DNA of 64,000 nucleotides from Eledone cirrhosa (Eukaryota), in the NCBI GenBank assembly GCA_964016885.1, contig OZ024740.1, positions 148,738,001 to 148,802,000 of the forward strand, read 5' to 3'. Positions within the stretch are counted from its first letter, which is position 1. Every line of letters begins with the position of its first letter. The position numbers and the translations under genes were made by a program. The notes beneath the pieces were generated by a model, which did no database searches, was not told where the DNA came from, and saw only the letters and a program-made list of their open reading frames with translations. Positions 1 to 12,889 of the stretch are shown here, in pieces.

Positions 1-280
1 ATGGAAAAATATCATGTATTAGGTCAATATCTTTGATAGTTTTGAAATTGTAGGTCTTTATAATATCAATTAATTTTACATTTTTTTCCGAACGAGTCTC
101 TCTAAAAGGTTAGCCCCAAATACATGATTTCAAAGTTGTGCTTACCATATTAGAGGGAAAATGGCTGTCTCAAGTTGGTCCGAGAGAGACTCGTTCGGAA
201 GAAATGTAAAATTAATATTATAAAGTCCTACAATTTCAAAACTATCAAAGATATTGACCTAATACTTGATATTTTTCCAT
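1..280. repeat. Inverted repeat (~100-bp arms, ~80-bp spacer) in SLCO intron
   Basis: 1-103 (ATGGAAAAATATCATGTATTAGG...CGAGTCTCTCT) is the near reverse complement of 183-280; may extend left of the window. Confidence 0.85.
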
Positions 281-469
281 CATATAGGCACAGGAGCTAG
301 TATGAATTTTTTCAGGGGGATCTTAGGGGGTGACCTAGGAAACTTTTCTGAAACTGGGTGATTTGATATGGAATAACACTATGTATTAATCTAAAACTCA
401 GGAACACAAAGAACCGGAAAAAAAACATCTAATTGGGTGCCCTAACAATTCCATCAAAACTATACCCTG

Positions 470-615
470 GACTAGTACGTTATTCTATTGGACTTGAAAG
501 AATGAAAAGCAAAGTTTATCTCAGGGAGAATTGAAGTCAGAGTGCAAAAAAAAACAGAATAAATACCGCCAACGTTTCTGCCAATTGCTCTAACGAGTCT
601 GCCAATTTGTCACTT
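470..615 (-). mobile_element. Decayed tRNA-derived SINE copy
   Basis: GAATGAAAAGCAAAGTTTATCTCAGGGAGAATTGAAGTCAGA resembles the intact SINE at 19440-19625. Confidence 0.5.
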
Positions 616-967
616 GATATTATTGTTAATTAGTTACCTGAAACCTGCTTACGGTATATTATCAAACGTGATTTTATTTTAACCAATCTTATATTTTAAA
701 TGGTACAATATCGTAAAATCCCAATAGCACTGGTCAAAATGCTTTGTGGTAGTTAGTCACTCCTTACTTTGTTAGTTCAATTACACCGGATGAGTTTTGT
801 CTTCCTTCTTTCCGGAGACGACGAAATATGTTATCATTTAGTTATCATTGTAATTGACTCAAAATGTGTATCATTGTCCCAATGCTAGAACTCAATATAA
901 TTTACCAAATATATATATTTTCATTAATGAATATGTTTACAAGAAATATTTAATCTTCTATTCACAG

Positions 968-1032
968 ATGCACTCCAGATAATCATCGGTCATTTGCAAT
1001 TGGAATAGCTGCTTTTATTGGACGCTTAATTG
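968..1032 (+). CDS. SLCO: SLCO/OATP organic anion transporter, penultimate coding exon (65 bp)
   Basis: ttcacag|A...TTG|gtaaac; reads (R)CTPDNHRSFAIGIAAFIGRLI(G), matching the OATP 'RC...SFALG...R.LG' segment; splices in phase to 2097. Confidence 0.88.
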
Positions 1033-2096
1033 GTAAACATAGATTTATTTGTAGTTTTCTCATTAAGTACCTACTTAGAAAAAATATAATCTTTCAATTT
1101 ATTGATAATGATTTTTGTAGATAATTTTCAATTTCTACTCTTCTCCCTCAAAAGCACATCAGTTGATATGTTGTGCAGATAAAAACACAGTTGATATGGG
1201 CATTCAACCGGAAAGGTTTATCGTTGAACTCATCTCGAAAGTTTAGGTATAAATCTTATCATTTAATTGTAAATTAGTAGCCTTCTTGCAAGAAAAGGAA
1301 CAAATGAAAATAAGTAAGCCCTTGGTAAACAGTGTCTGCAACTGTTTTCAATTACAGTTGGAACCATTTCAGTTCATTAACATCGCATACATTTAATGTG
1401 ACAGGAAATATAAGGAATCAACATTTCCTTAAAGCATATTCTTCTACATCAAAACCAAGAGATACAAATGATTCATGTGACATTAATTTCGATATCATAT
1501 TAATGAAATCTAAATGTATGCAATTTCTATTCATTAATTTGGTCACGTCGTGTAATTTATTTATAATTAGCCATGATACGATCTACACTATATCAATGTG
1601 GAACGCTCTCTGGTGTGTAAAACTGAAAGTGAAAGCCGCCTCATTGTTGTTCCAGCGGACAGAATAGAGGAAGTGTTACCCCATTGGATAGCGTGGAAGG
1701 GAGTACTGTTGCGTGTCACCAGCTCCACCATAACAGCAATGAGTAGGGGCTGGTTTGTAGTTTAAGAACTTCAGAAATCTCCATCAACGGTAAACCTATC
1801 GGGAAGCATCAGGTACCTCAACAGCTTGTGACCTTCAGCTTGATTATCAATTAATCTAGAAGGATTCAAAAACGCTAATAATTTTTTAATATCCACCAAA
1901 CGACATTAAAATCACAATATATTTTAAAAGAAAAAAGGAAAAAAATTGTTATAAGTTAAATCTGTTTAACTTATAACATATTTGCTTTATCTAGTAAGTA
2001 TCATTAATGCATCCTACTTCCAATTTTTAAAATTCACTTAGACTTTCTCGTATATGTCCCTTTTTCATTCCAAAATTCATAATAATTTTTTTTCAG

Positions 2097-2389
2097 GCAC
2101 ATTACCAGGTCCATTATTATTTGGATTCGGCATTGACAAAGCTTGTAAAGTGTGGAAAAGTCTTTGTTCTGAAACTGGAACTTTTTGTTGGATTTACGAA
2201 AAAGAATTATTAGCTAGCGTTTTCTTCACAATTGTTGTCGTTGTCCGTTCAGTTTCTATTCTCTTTCTTGTAATTGCCAAATGCGTTTATAGCCCACCTG
2301 AACCAGTTGATAAAACAAACACCAAAGATAGAATAAATGACAATACTATCGAAGAAAACTATGCTACACAATCTCGAGATTCCGGTTAG
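2097..2389 (+). CDS. SLCO: SLCO/OATP organic anion transporter, terminal coding exon
   Basis: Poly-pyrimidine tttcag acceptor; GTLPGPLLFGFGIDKACKVW..C...G.FCWIYE matches the OATP C-terminal signature (PGP..FG..ID..C..W...C...CW.Y), followed by a hydrophobic TM segment and TAG stop; exact paralog not assignable. Confidence 0.9.
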
Positions 2390-2493
2390 CCTTCTGTATT
2401 AACTATAAATGTAATGTACCTCATTATGTGCTGTAATCATTTTCAACTCATAACATGTTTTATATAAAGTTTGTTTATGTTCTTTGTTATTTC

Positions 2494-2499
2494 AATAAA
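2494..2499 (+). promoter_or_regulatory. Candidate polyadenylation signal of the SLCO gene
   Basis: AATAAA ~105 nt after the stop, in a U-rich context. Confidence 0.55.
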
Positions 2500-2899
2500 A
2501 TATTTTATTTTAAAATTCCATTTTCTCAATTATCTTGTTTTCTGATATAGTCTCTTTACCATATTTACTTTTTTTTAAATATCAATTTCTCATATTAGCA
2601 TAACGTCTTAAGTTTATCTGATTTATTTTTACTTTCTACATTTGTTTACACTGACGAAGCGATAGTTTAAAACCCAATTAAAACCCAATTTTAGACAGTG
2701 TCCATAATAAACATACGCACTGGCTATCTATCTGTGTGTAAACACGGATTAAATATCAAATGTTTCTATATCTGAATCACTGTTGAATTAAACATTACTC
2801 GCAAGACAGGAAAGGTCAACGTCTATTTTCTTCAATATTTAGTCTCATAACAGGGAAGGTTGTCCTCACTTTCAGATCTAGACCTTTCTAAAACAGCAT

Positions 2900-3557
2900 T
2901 GACAGATGCGAACAACTCTTGGTGGTCGAAAATGGGGGCGAAAATACGCGTTCCGGAAGTTCGCGCTGATGACTACATCTTATTTATCATCCTTAGGCGA
3001 GACAGCAAGTGCAATCTCACGCCAACACTCTTTTACCATTGAGGATTGTAGGTTATCCTCGTCGATTCCAGTGTCTCTTGCTATAGTATCTAGTAACTGA
3101 GTTTTATTATAGAAGGGATCTTCCACTTACTGTATATCTGATTAAGCATGGGATGGGTCTGACAAGGTATATTTTTAGTCTTTCTCAGAAGAATAGCATA
3201 ACATGCAACTAAATGGCTATGTAGAGGAGAGTACAAGGTTCAAGTCTCAGAACCATAGAGAAGGAAAGGTTCTATTGCTGTTCTAAACACGCTGATTTTA
3301 AGATTGTTTGATATATTGGATTTCCAAATTTTATCTAGCATATGAAATGCATTCCTTTTCTGAATTCATTACAGAAGAGTCAAGGTACTTGTTTTAAGGG
3401 TTTCCTCTTTATTTTGTTTGTGTTAGTATCAGTTTCTATTGAAATAAACTCGGTTTGTAGTCATTGCTGTAGAGTCCAACATAAGCAGCAGCTGACTCTA
3501 GACCATGACGGAGCGATTGGGAATTTTCTATTATTTCCAATGGCCTAAGATCGTTCT
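2900..3557 (-). mobile_element. Decayed RTE-clade LINE, RT C-terminal fragment
   Basis: Minus strand reads LESAAAYVGL and KISVFRTAIEPFLLYGSET*TL...CYAILLRK..N...HP, typical RTE post-RT motifs, with stops. Confidence 0.6.
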
Positions 3558-3586
3558 CCAAACACACACACACACACACACACACA

Positions 3587-3642
<56 letters not shown>

Positions 3643-4015
3643 TGATGGACTGGCCAGGTTGGCAGGTTCCCAATGGCAAGTGGGTCCCAGGGAGCCCACG
3701 GTAATCATTGCAAGAACCCACAGTACCATCATAGGGCCCACTGTAGTATTTTTGGGGCCAATGCGTTGTTTTCAAAAAATACCTGAAATCCGAGAGAAAG
3801 AATAAAATAAAAAATAAAAAACTAAAACAATTAAGCAAAGCATTTCGTCGACCAATTCCCCAGGGAATTACTAGAAACCAAAATATACAATAGTGTAAAC
3901 AGCTGGAACCAGTGGTTGTACATTCTACTAAATCTAAAGTTGAGTGTATTCATTCATGCATGCAAACATGCACATATAGACACAGACACATAAGCATATA
4001 TATATATATATATAT

Positions 4016-4215
4016 ATAGGAACCAGTAAAACCCCGACGGCTGAGCTCAAGCCGTTTCGACGGCTAATTCTGGACACGGTCCAGAATTAGCCTTCGAAAC
4101 GGCTTGAGCTCAGCCGTCGGGGTCTTACTGGTTCCTATTACCCACTCTACTACCCTAAAGTATTGAGTACTTTGGTGCGTTATGGTCCACCTGGTTCCTT
4201 ACCACATTTCCTTCG

Positions 4216-4218
<3 letters not shown>
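4016..4218 (+). mobile_element. Fold-back + tail insertion, family A (PLE-terminus-like) in (TA)n
   Basis: 60-bp arms 4016-4075/4079-4138, tail 4139-4218, (TA)n on both sides; homologous to 9481-9750, 42974-43203, 50948-51128. Confidence 0.85.
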
Positions 4219-4255
<37 letters not shown>

Positions 4256-4274
4256 TTACACACGAACTACTGAC

Positions 4275-4319
4275 CAAATAATATTTGTTATCAATGGGTT
4301 AAAGACATCTGTCAAATCA

Positions 4320-4366
<47 letters not shown>

Positions 4367-4438
4367 CGTGTGTACACCACCTTCACCACTAATTGATTTG
4401 ACAGATGTCTTTAACCCATTGATAACAAATATTATTTG
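4275..4438. repeat. 47-bp inverted repeat centred on (TA)n(TG)n
   Basis: CAAATAATATTTGTTATCAATGGG...TCAAATCAAT at 4275-4321 and its reverse complement at 4392-4438. Confidence 0.85.
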
Positions 4439-4844
4439 AACCCTACTCCTGACCAGGATCGAACATCAGACAAGGATCCCCACCGGCTATGATTCCTCCA
4501 ACTAGGCCAGCGAGACACCGACAAAAGTATAATGAAAATTGATAATTATAACCTACTTCCAAAATCAAAGTTAAAAAGATGTGCTGTCGTTCATGGCTTT
4601 CCTAGAGCTATTAGTAATATTTAAGGTCGACTTCTGGTCATTATTGAAAGTCTCTGGATTTCGCAAAATACATAATATTTCTTATTGAAGAAGGTAAGAT
4701 ATTTTTCCGCAAAAATTTGATTGCTCTGTTTTGTTTACACTTATGTATTTTCCGAAAATGTTATTTATTCATTATAACAATTAAATGATAGCATTCTATA
4801 TGTAGGTGGGCCCCTTCATCTGCATATCTTCATATATATGGGAT

Positions 4845-5013
4845 AATTGCTGGCCTTGTGCCAAAAGTAGAAACAATTATTACTATATATATATAGTAAT
4901 AATTATATATATATAATAATTATATATATATATAGTAATAATTATTTCTACTTTTGGCACAAGGCCAGAAATTAACCCACTGTATTACTGGTACTTTATT
5001 TTATCGACCCCGT
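4845..5013 (-). mobile_element. SINE 3' fragment with inverted duplication of its tail around (TA)n
   Basis: GGCCTTGTGCCAAAAGTAGAAACAATT at ~4852 mirrored at 4940-4973, continuing into the SINE body TACTGGTACTTTATTTTATCGACCCCG. Confidence 0.8.
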
Positions 5014-5039
5014 TGAAAATTATCTAGTATATATTCATA

Positions 5040-6210
5040 AATAACGATTTGCTTTATAATAATATGGACTTTGCCTATTAATCCGCATGGTGAGAAAATT
5101 GGGTGCTACGTTCTGGCCTCCCCACAGCCCCGGCGGACAGGATAGAGAAGGCGTTTCGCCGGATGATGGCAAAGGAGATGCGCTGGAAGAGCCATTCCAA
5201 CTCGTGAGGATCACACCTGCGGCTGGCTAGCTCAGCGCCTATAGTGGTGAATAGGGAGGTAGCCCTAGGGAAAAGGACACCAGAAGTCCCCACTGCCAAG
5301 GGCACGACCGCGAACCTGTCGGAGAGCGACCGGTACTTGGAGAGTTTGGCCTCTTCAGCCCGACGTGCAGCAGTACTAGGGTTAGTCACAGACTGCACCA
5401 GGTTGCGGCTGGAGAAAGTGTCGCTGGAAGTGACATCCCACACGAGGGGTTTGCCACCGCGGAACGAGAAGATGATCATATCATCTGGCCTTTTGCCACC
5501 CCCATGATCCAGTCCCACCGGCTCGAGCTGGGAGGCGAATCCTGCAGCGTCCAAGCCATGCTTAATGACCTCGTTGAGGCCAGCACTGAGGCGACAGGAA
5601 AGCGAGTGGAGTCCGAAAGAGTCCACGGTGGATCCACAGCGACATTTATGTGGTTCACAGATCCGAAGTCCAAGCCTCAAGGCAACGCCGATGCGCAGGC
5701 TATCGTTATCCAGCTGCGTGCCAGTGGAGAAGGAGGGCAAGGCATGGAGCCAGGCACCACTGTGGGGTTTGGAGGCCGTGTGAAAACAGGCAAGGCGGTG
5801 CTGGTCGAGCTGGCGCGTGAGCCTGTCTGAGGCCAAGCTGCACTGGATGACATCCCATACGCTTTAGGGGGACTTGACGTCAGCAGGGGGAGAAGGAGGA
5901 GGGATGTCTACCGTGGTGAGTCCTTTCCTGTCCCACGTCTCACAGGCGACCTAACGTTGCCTGAACACAGAGGGTTCTATTGTGTTTTGGAGAACCCTGC
6001 TGAAGAGGACGCCACATGAGGTTAACAATGAAAGAAACGCCGCCAAAGCCGGCGAGATCGGGGACCGGAGGCCAAGGTCGCCAAATCTGACAGGTAAAGT
6101 GGCCTGTTGCCATCCAATATCATCAAACCTGACGTTGCATATCTCCTCAGCTGCCGCTTGGATACAAGGAATGGGAGGATTTGAGGGGCACCAAGAAGGA
6201 AGGGGAAGCC
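5040..6210 (-). mobile_element. CRE-clade non-LTR retrotransposon 3' part (zinc knuckle + restriction-like endonuclease)
   Basis: ORF 5078-5836: GAWLHALP, LRLG, CRCG...H...C, KRPD, LVWDVT, K..KY, QRIS.AI.R.NA; upstream WQQATLPVRFGDLGLR. Confidence 0.85.
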
Positions 6211-6214
6211 GAAA

Positions 6215-9200
6215 TATAACTTCGGAATGGGTGGTTCCCTACAATATGAAATTATTAAAACTGTTCAACTGCCACCTAAACGTAGAGATGTTCTCTTCCG
6301 TGAAATCGATCAAATACATTATCAAATATACCATGAAGGGCAGTGATCAGGCAATGTTTAGAGTAAACAAGGAAGACGAGATAATACAGTATTTAACAGG
6401 AATATATATCGGTCCTTCAGAAGCTGTTGCCTTGGTACTTGGATTTCCAATTCATGAGAGAGAACTGGCCGTAGATCGCATTCAAGTTCATCTACCTGAG
6501 GAAAATCAAATCTTTCGGGTCAATGCTGTTGTTAAAGTAAACAATAACATGGCTAAGCCGACTCTGACTGAGTTCATGGATCTTTTCGATCGCGATCCGT
6601 TTGCAAAAACATTGTATTATGCCGATGTCCCAAAGTTTTACACTTGGAATAATAAGAGATGGGAAAGGAGAACTGTGGGGAAAACAGTTGAGCAGTATCC
6701 ATTGATTTTTGAGGCGAACGTTTTGGCACTGTTTCTCCACGAAGTGGTGACCTGTATTATTTAAGACTCCTTCTGCATCACGTCAAAGGGCCAGTATCCT
6801 TCAACTCTTTGAAAATGTGTGATGGAGAACTCCTGCCATTATTCAAAGACGTCTGCAGAGAGAAAGGTTTGCTTCAATCGGATGATCATTGGCAGCAGAC
6901 TCTGGAAGATGCTGAGCGAACAAGGCTTCCCAAAGCCATGAGAGATCTATTCATCGTGCTCCTCACAAATACGGAAATTGACAATTCCAGTGCTTTATGG
7001 GTTCGATTTAAGCATTCGCTGTCTGAGGATTACCTTCAAATAGAAAAAAAGGGCTACCAGAAACTCTAACCTTTTCATTAGCGAGAGACATTATGATCAA
7101 TGTCTTCTGTATTTTGATGACAAACTTAACGACCTGGGCAAAAGTCTTAGTGACTTTAACTTACCAAGGCCAAATAATATTGTTGCTAATCAGGATAGTG
7201 GCAATTTGGAATTATTGCATGAATTGCAATACACCAGAGAAGAGCAGCGACGATTTGTAGAAGAGACGGAGCCTCTATTGAATAGTGAACAAAAACACGT
7301 GTATGACTTCGTTTGTAACAGTTTAGAGACGAACACATCTGCATTGATTTTGATTGACGCTCCAGGTGAAACAGGAAAGACATTCCTGATTAACTTAATT
7401 CTTTCAAAAGTCAGGGGAAACGGTGACGTGGCTATTGATGTTGCTTCATCTGGCATTGCCGCCACACTGATGCCTGGTGGAAGAACAGCGCATTCTAGGT
7501 TCAAAATACCGATAGTAGTGAAAGAAAATGGTCTGTACAACATTGATAAAAACTCAAAGACGGCAAACTTCTTCCAGTATACAAGGCTGATTGTTTGGGA
7601 TGAGTGTCCTATGATTCGGAGGGAAAGCTTCGAAGCTTTTGACCTCACTCTGCGTGACATATGCGACAACAATGAGGCATTCGGTGAAATTTTGACAATT
7701 TGCTGTGGCGATTTCCGTCAGCTTCTTCCGGTAGTGAAAGGGGGAAATGAAGCGGATGTGGAAAACGCCTGCATTAAAAGATTTCAGTTGAAGACAAACA
7801 TGCGATTGGGTGGGGGAGCAGGAGACTATTCACAGTTCCTATTGGATATTGGAGAAGATAAGATAAAAAAAAACTGAAAATGAGGAAATTATTTTGCCAA
7901 AAGAAATGGTTCTCCAAGCAACAACTATGGAAGAATGTATTGATTTCATCTACCCCTCATTCTACAATCCAGCTGAAGTGTTTTCGAATAATTGCATCTT
8001 AGTACCTCTGAATGAAATGATGAAAAGCATCAATTCCACCTGTATCAGACGTTTCCCTGGAACCATAAAAGAGTACCGATCCTATAATTCTGTGAGTGAT
8101 GGTGCAAATGCCACTCATTTCCCGACTGAATTCCTTGATTCAGTTGAACTACCAGGACGGCCACCACATATCCTGGAATTGAAAAAAGGGTCGCCAATAA
8201 TTCTTATGAGAAACTTGAATCCTCCAAGGCTTTGTAATGGAACGCGCATGATTGTGGAAGAACTGCACGACAATCTCATAGTAGCAAGAATCAACACTGT
8301 TGCTTTCAAAAATGAGATCGTTATGATACCTAGAATAAGAATTAATCTATCCGAAGGTGATGATATCCCTTTGCAGCGAGGCCAATTCCCAGTTCAATCG
8401 TGCTTCGCTATGACTATTCATAAAGCACAAGGACAATCTATGGAAAACGTCCTGGTTTATCTGGAACGACCTGTATTCCAACATGGTCAACTGTAGCCCT
8501 TAGCCGCGGAAAACGAAAAGAAAATGTCAGAGTGTTTCTGAAGGATACCCAGTCAACTAAGAATGTTGTCATGAAAAGCATTCTTTTGAACAAACTGTAA
8601 CCGTAAATATGAGAAAATGTTGATTCCGACGTCAGAAAATGAAAGGAAAAGGAAAAACCAAGACAAGTAAGAATAATTTCTTTAAAATTTTTGTAAATAA
8701 AACCAAATTTTCATTACAACTTTTTAAGCAGAAAAATCTTTCAGAACAAACACTCAAGCATCCATAGAGATATAGAAAAAAGAATTTTCAAGTGGAGTGA
8801 TTGGATAGCTATTAGTGAAAAATGATTTGATATTTTCTTTGTGAAAATACTTGTGAATAATAGAGTGAAAAGACAAGTTTCGCGTAAATCGGACCACGGG
8901 TTCACGAGTTACGCGGGTTTTTTCGGGTACCTTTATAAATAACCAAATCAGCGCATAATGGGAAAATTCTTTGAAAGTAAGGTACCATTGAAATGTGAAT
9001 ACAAACGCAGATAGTGGTTGTGAGAGGGAGAGAGCTGGTGGTATTGTTGAATAAAATTATGACAGGTGACTTCAAAGAATTGAATACAACAATACTGTAT
9101 CTAGCTGGAATTTGGTGACTGAATATTAAGTTATATGTATCTTATAACTTGTGTTAGGACAGAATGTATGTGTGTGTGTGCCTGTAACCAGTGCATATAG

Positions 9201-9382
9201 GCCACAGACACCCCCACACACAAACACATATATATATACACGTACATATACACACACACATACACGTGTATATATATTGGCTTTCCAATGTCATTTTAAA
9301 TTATATACATTTTGTGTATATTTTAATTATTTAAAAAATTATTTTTAAGTAATCATGACCCAACGGGTCACGGGTAGTCTAG
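6215..9382 (+). mobile_element. Helitron, 5'-truncated and decayed, with canonical 3' end
   Basis: Rep-Hel coding remnants plus terminal hairpin TGACCC-AAC-GGGTCA (9356-9370) and CTAG (9379-9382) followed by T. Confidence 0.85.
6220..8600 (+). pseudogene. Helitron RepHel (PIF1-family helicase) pseudogene, several frameshifts
   Basis: WVVPYN..LLKLFNCHLNVE..SVKSIKYI.KY..KG.D; DAPGETGKTF; IVWDECPM; GDFRQLLPVV; RNLNPPRLCNGTR; FAMTIHKAQGQS; VFQHGQL across ORFs 5982-6764, 6809-7069, 7206-7877, 7894-8496. Confidence 0.92.
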
Positions 9383-9391
9383 TTATTACTA

Positions 9392-9480
<89 letters not shown>

Positions 9481-9483
<3 letters not shown>

Positions 9484-9750
9484 ACGAAGGAAATGTGGTA
9501 AGGAACCAGATGAACCATAACGCACCAAAGTACTCAATACTTAGGGTAGTAGAGTGGGTAATAGGAACGAGTAGGACACCGACAGCTGAGCTCAAGCCGT
9601 TTCGACGGCTAATTCTGGACGAAATGAACATTTTTATCCTGGTAAATGAATAGCCGAGCTTCTCAGGGGGTAATATTCCATATATAGTAAAAGTGATTGC
9701 CACAAGGATTGGTCAAATGTTTGTTGTTGAGACACATAATTCTATCATGG
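9481..9750 (-). mobile_element. Family A terminal fragment (non-folded, longest copy)
   Basis: Same tail and body as 4016-4218, extending further 5'; flanked by (TA)n/(CA)n. Confidence 0.85.
9576..9671 (-). ncRNA. Type I hammerhead ribozyme-like motif of family A (variant core)
   Basis: ACCCC-CTGAGAA-stem II (CGGCTA/TAGCCG)-GAAA-CGGCT..AGC(C/T)G-TC-GG(G/T)GT; GUC triplet; position 8 is A rather than G in this copy. Confidence 0.65.
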
Positions 9751-9759
9751 CACACACAC

Positions 9760-10062
<303 letters not shown>

Positions 10063-10175
10063 CACACACGCAAAATAAACATATCTATAATACACATACA
10101 CAAGCATATACACATAATCCCATACATCCACACACACACACACGCACACAGACACACACATACACACATACACAT

Positions 10176-10219
<44 letters not shown>

Positions 10220-10591
10220 AAAATGGAGAGCTGCGTGGTTTCACATGGGTTACATATGAATAAAATTAGTCCTTCATCAGTGATCTTCCAACTTTCATTG
10301 GTATTTCATGGCTTTAAAAATCATATACCTCTAGTTGGTGCGAGCAATAACTCAATAAGTTATTGCGACAAGTAAAATAGGGTGAAACGAGCGAGGCATG
10401 TAAACAAACAACGATGGTATGGCAACGGCAAGATAGGAAGAAACAAGTACATGATATTTGTAAGCTTAAGCTTGGTGAATTCATGGACGAGAGATACAGA
10501 CCATCCGACATGGGTGAGATGTGAGCGAGAAAAGGATTTCACACAGGTCAAACAATTATGTTTGTTATACATACATCCATACACACACACG

Positions 10592-10619
<28 letters not shown>

Positions 10620-10627
<8 letters not shown>

Positions 10628-10753
10628 AAAGCAAGTCCATAGAATTATTTGATCGAATAATTCTATGGACTTGCTTTACTTTATAGTATTTTGGTCTGAT
10701 TATTTAATTTATTAATTCTTCATTGAGCCACATCGTGAATGGTTACCAAAACA
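10620..10753 (+). mobile_element. Short fold-back + tail insertion in (TA)n
   Basis: ~30-bp arms (TATAAAGTAAAGCAAGTCCATAGAATTATT and its reverse complement, to 10685) then a ~70-bp tail ending at CATATATAT. Confidence 0.75.
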
Positions 10754-10802
10754 CATATATATCTGTGACTTTGTTCAATTGGCGTATGTATAAATATATA
10801 TA

Positions 10803-10942
10803 TCTATCTATCTAAGGCGGGTAAAATTCCCGAGATCCATGGACGAGTTCTCTCCAGCGGTCTCTGTCCCTCATTATCGCTGCCATGTCCTGCGTCCCCA
10901 ACAGACCAGTGTCTGTCCTTAGGGCATCAACATACGTTAACC
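10803..10942 (-). mobile_element. RTE-clade LINE 3' end
   Basis: LTYVDALRTDTG....MAAIMRDRDRWRELV..SR* followed by a (TAGA)n tail. Confidence 0.7.
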
Positions 10943-10958
10943 TATATATATATGTATG

Positions 10959-11005
<47 letters not shown>

Positions 11006-11092
11006 TTTACGTATCGAGAAAGAGAGAAAAAGGAGGGATAGCTGATACATATAGTTATTTGCCAAGTAGCGTATGGAACACTTGTGATTATT

Positions 11093-11137
11093 TATGCCCT
11101 TGAGAAGCCCAACTGGGCGAAACGTACGTAGGTGATA
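11093..11137 (+). ncRNA. Minimal PLE-type hammerhead motif (U3-A8 core variant) in (TA)n-flanked insert 11002-11191
   Basis: TTGAGAA-GCCC AACT GGGC-GAAAC GTAC GTA; palindromic loop III; AATAAA just downstream; stem I imperfect. Confidence 0.6.
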
Positions 11138-11191
11138 TTTTAAATAAACATGTTTTAACGGTCTATTCTCCGATTTTTTACTTTCCCCACG

Positions 11192-11226
<35 letters not shown>

Positions 11227-11832
11227 ATATGTGTGTGTGTATGGATGTATGTATAACAAACATAATTGTTCGCGGCTTTAAAATTTTCACGCTTGTTTGA
11301 ACAGGAAAATGAATGTTTCAACGCACCCTCTCTTGGTCTCTCTCGTTGCCAGGTTAACAAAATTATCGCATCTACAGAAGTTTGTTAAATAAATTTATAA
11401 TAAACTTTTGCAATCAAACAAGCATACATCACACAATTCAACTGTGTTTAATTGTGCTTCGTGTATTGTCGTACAACTTCGACGAAAGTTATCTAACGAA
11501 AGTTATACTAACTAAATTAGTAACATATCGTCATTGCGTTATTGTGGTCAATATATTTTCTTTCCTATCTGGTCAAGGTAAATCACTTACCTAAGGATTC
11601 ATCTGCATCATCATAATGGACGTTTACTCACTTACTTCCACACCCGTATTCTCTGATCACACTGTATCCGGCACATCAACCTTCTTTCGCCTACATTCTA
11701 CACCACAGTGACCACACGACTAAGCAATCCAAGTGAATACACACATCAGCCGAATCAACATCACAACACACTGCCATCTCAATCCAGCATCCATCTATAA
11801 ATCAAGAAATGATATTATTTACAGTAACAATA

Positions 11833-12017
11833 ATTGTTTCTACTTTTGGCACAAGGCCATCAATTACCCAGTACATTACTGGTACTTTATTTTATCGACC
11901 CCGTAAGGATGAAAGGCAAAGTTAACCTCGGCGAGATTTGAACTCAGATCGTAAAGGGACGTAACTATGCTGGAAAGCATTGCGTCCGACCCTCTACTGA
12001 TACTGCCAATCCACCGA
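11833..12017 (-). mobile_element. tRNA-derived SINE, near full length
   Basis: A box TGGCAGTATCAG, B box GAGTTCAAATC, GCCTTTCATCCTTACGGGGTCGATAAAATAAAGTACC core (Meta-domain-like), (ATT)n tail; a second tail fragment lies at 12036-12108. Confidence 0.85.
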
Positions 12018-12120
12018 TAATAATATGATAATAATAATTGTGTCTACATTAGGCACAAGGCCAGCAAATACACAGTGTATTACTGGTACTTTATTACTGG
12101 TACTTTATGATAATAATAAT

Positions 12121-12888
12121 GATTTCATTTATTGGCCACAGGTGCCGACATGCAGAGGACAATACAAAGACAGGGACAGTGGGATTTACTATAAGCTCGA
12201 GTAAAAGTGCACAATGGCAAGACTAATTTAACAATGAAAATATAGAATAAACTATGCATAAATATAACAAAATACATTCCCCAATAGGGGGGGGGGGGGA
12301 ATGGACGACCCAGGGGTGACTCAGGTACCCCACGAATCCTGAACCACCCGACACTTCTGGGGCACCCGGAGAGGGAAACCCTCTCCTCCTCTAATTAGCC
12401 AACCTGTAGACGCATGGTCAGTGTAGGCTTGCACACACGGGCCATTCTCGCCACATTCATATACCTTTTAGCAAATCTACTAGAGGGCAGCACTTCTCTC
12501 TCCACCTCACCTTCCTTTCCAGGTAAAACTTGAAGAAGTTGACGAGGGATTGGCATAAGAGAAAAGTGTCTGTCTTCAGTCCTTTCAACCTGGTCCACCA
12601 TACAACCCCTTTCGCAACTGTCACCAGGCAGGAAAATTGCCTGCCCTTCCTGCCCAAAGGAAGACGGCGGGTCGATCTATTGGACTCGGCCAATAGCCAG
12701 ATCCGTTCTACACGGTACAACAGCTGTTCGTCTGAACTCCACAAAGCCGTATTGCACAAACATTGTACGAGTGCGTGTAGAACGATTTCGTCGCTCTGCG
12801 CGCATCTCGGGCAGGTCCGTCTGACAGCACTTCCACGCCTGTAGAGTTTATCTCGAACCGTCAGTGACCCCCGGTAGCACTGTCAAGC
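12121..12888 (-). mobile_element. Tx1-clade LINE 3' fragment, second subfamily
   Basis: CYRG.LTVRDKLYR, C..C, VVWWTRLKGLKT; 3' UTR ending CCTGTGGCCAATAAATGAAATC(ATT)n. Confidence 0.85.
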
Positions 12889-12889
12889 G

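Noticed and set aside
1332-1667. 111-aa ORF
   Set aside because: Lies inside the last SLCO intron, starts at GTG and has no recognisable motif
2054-2096. ATG start of ORF 2054-2389
   Set aside because: Intronic; the coding part begins at the acceptor at 2097
2650-2712. CACTGACGAAGCG...CAGTG hammerhead-like start
   Set aside because: No GAAA or stem II closure could be built
10215-10290. Minus-strand CTGATGAAGGAC...GAAAC
   Set aside because: Stems I-III do not pair; at best a decayed remnant
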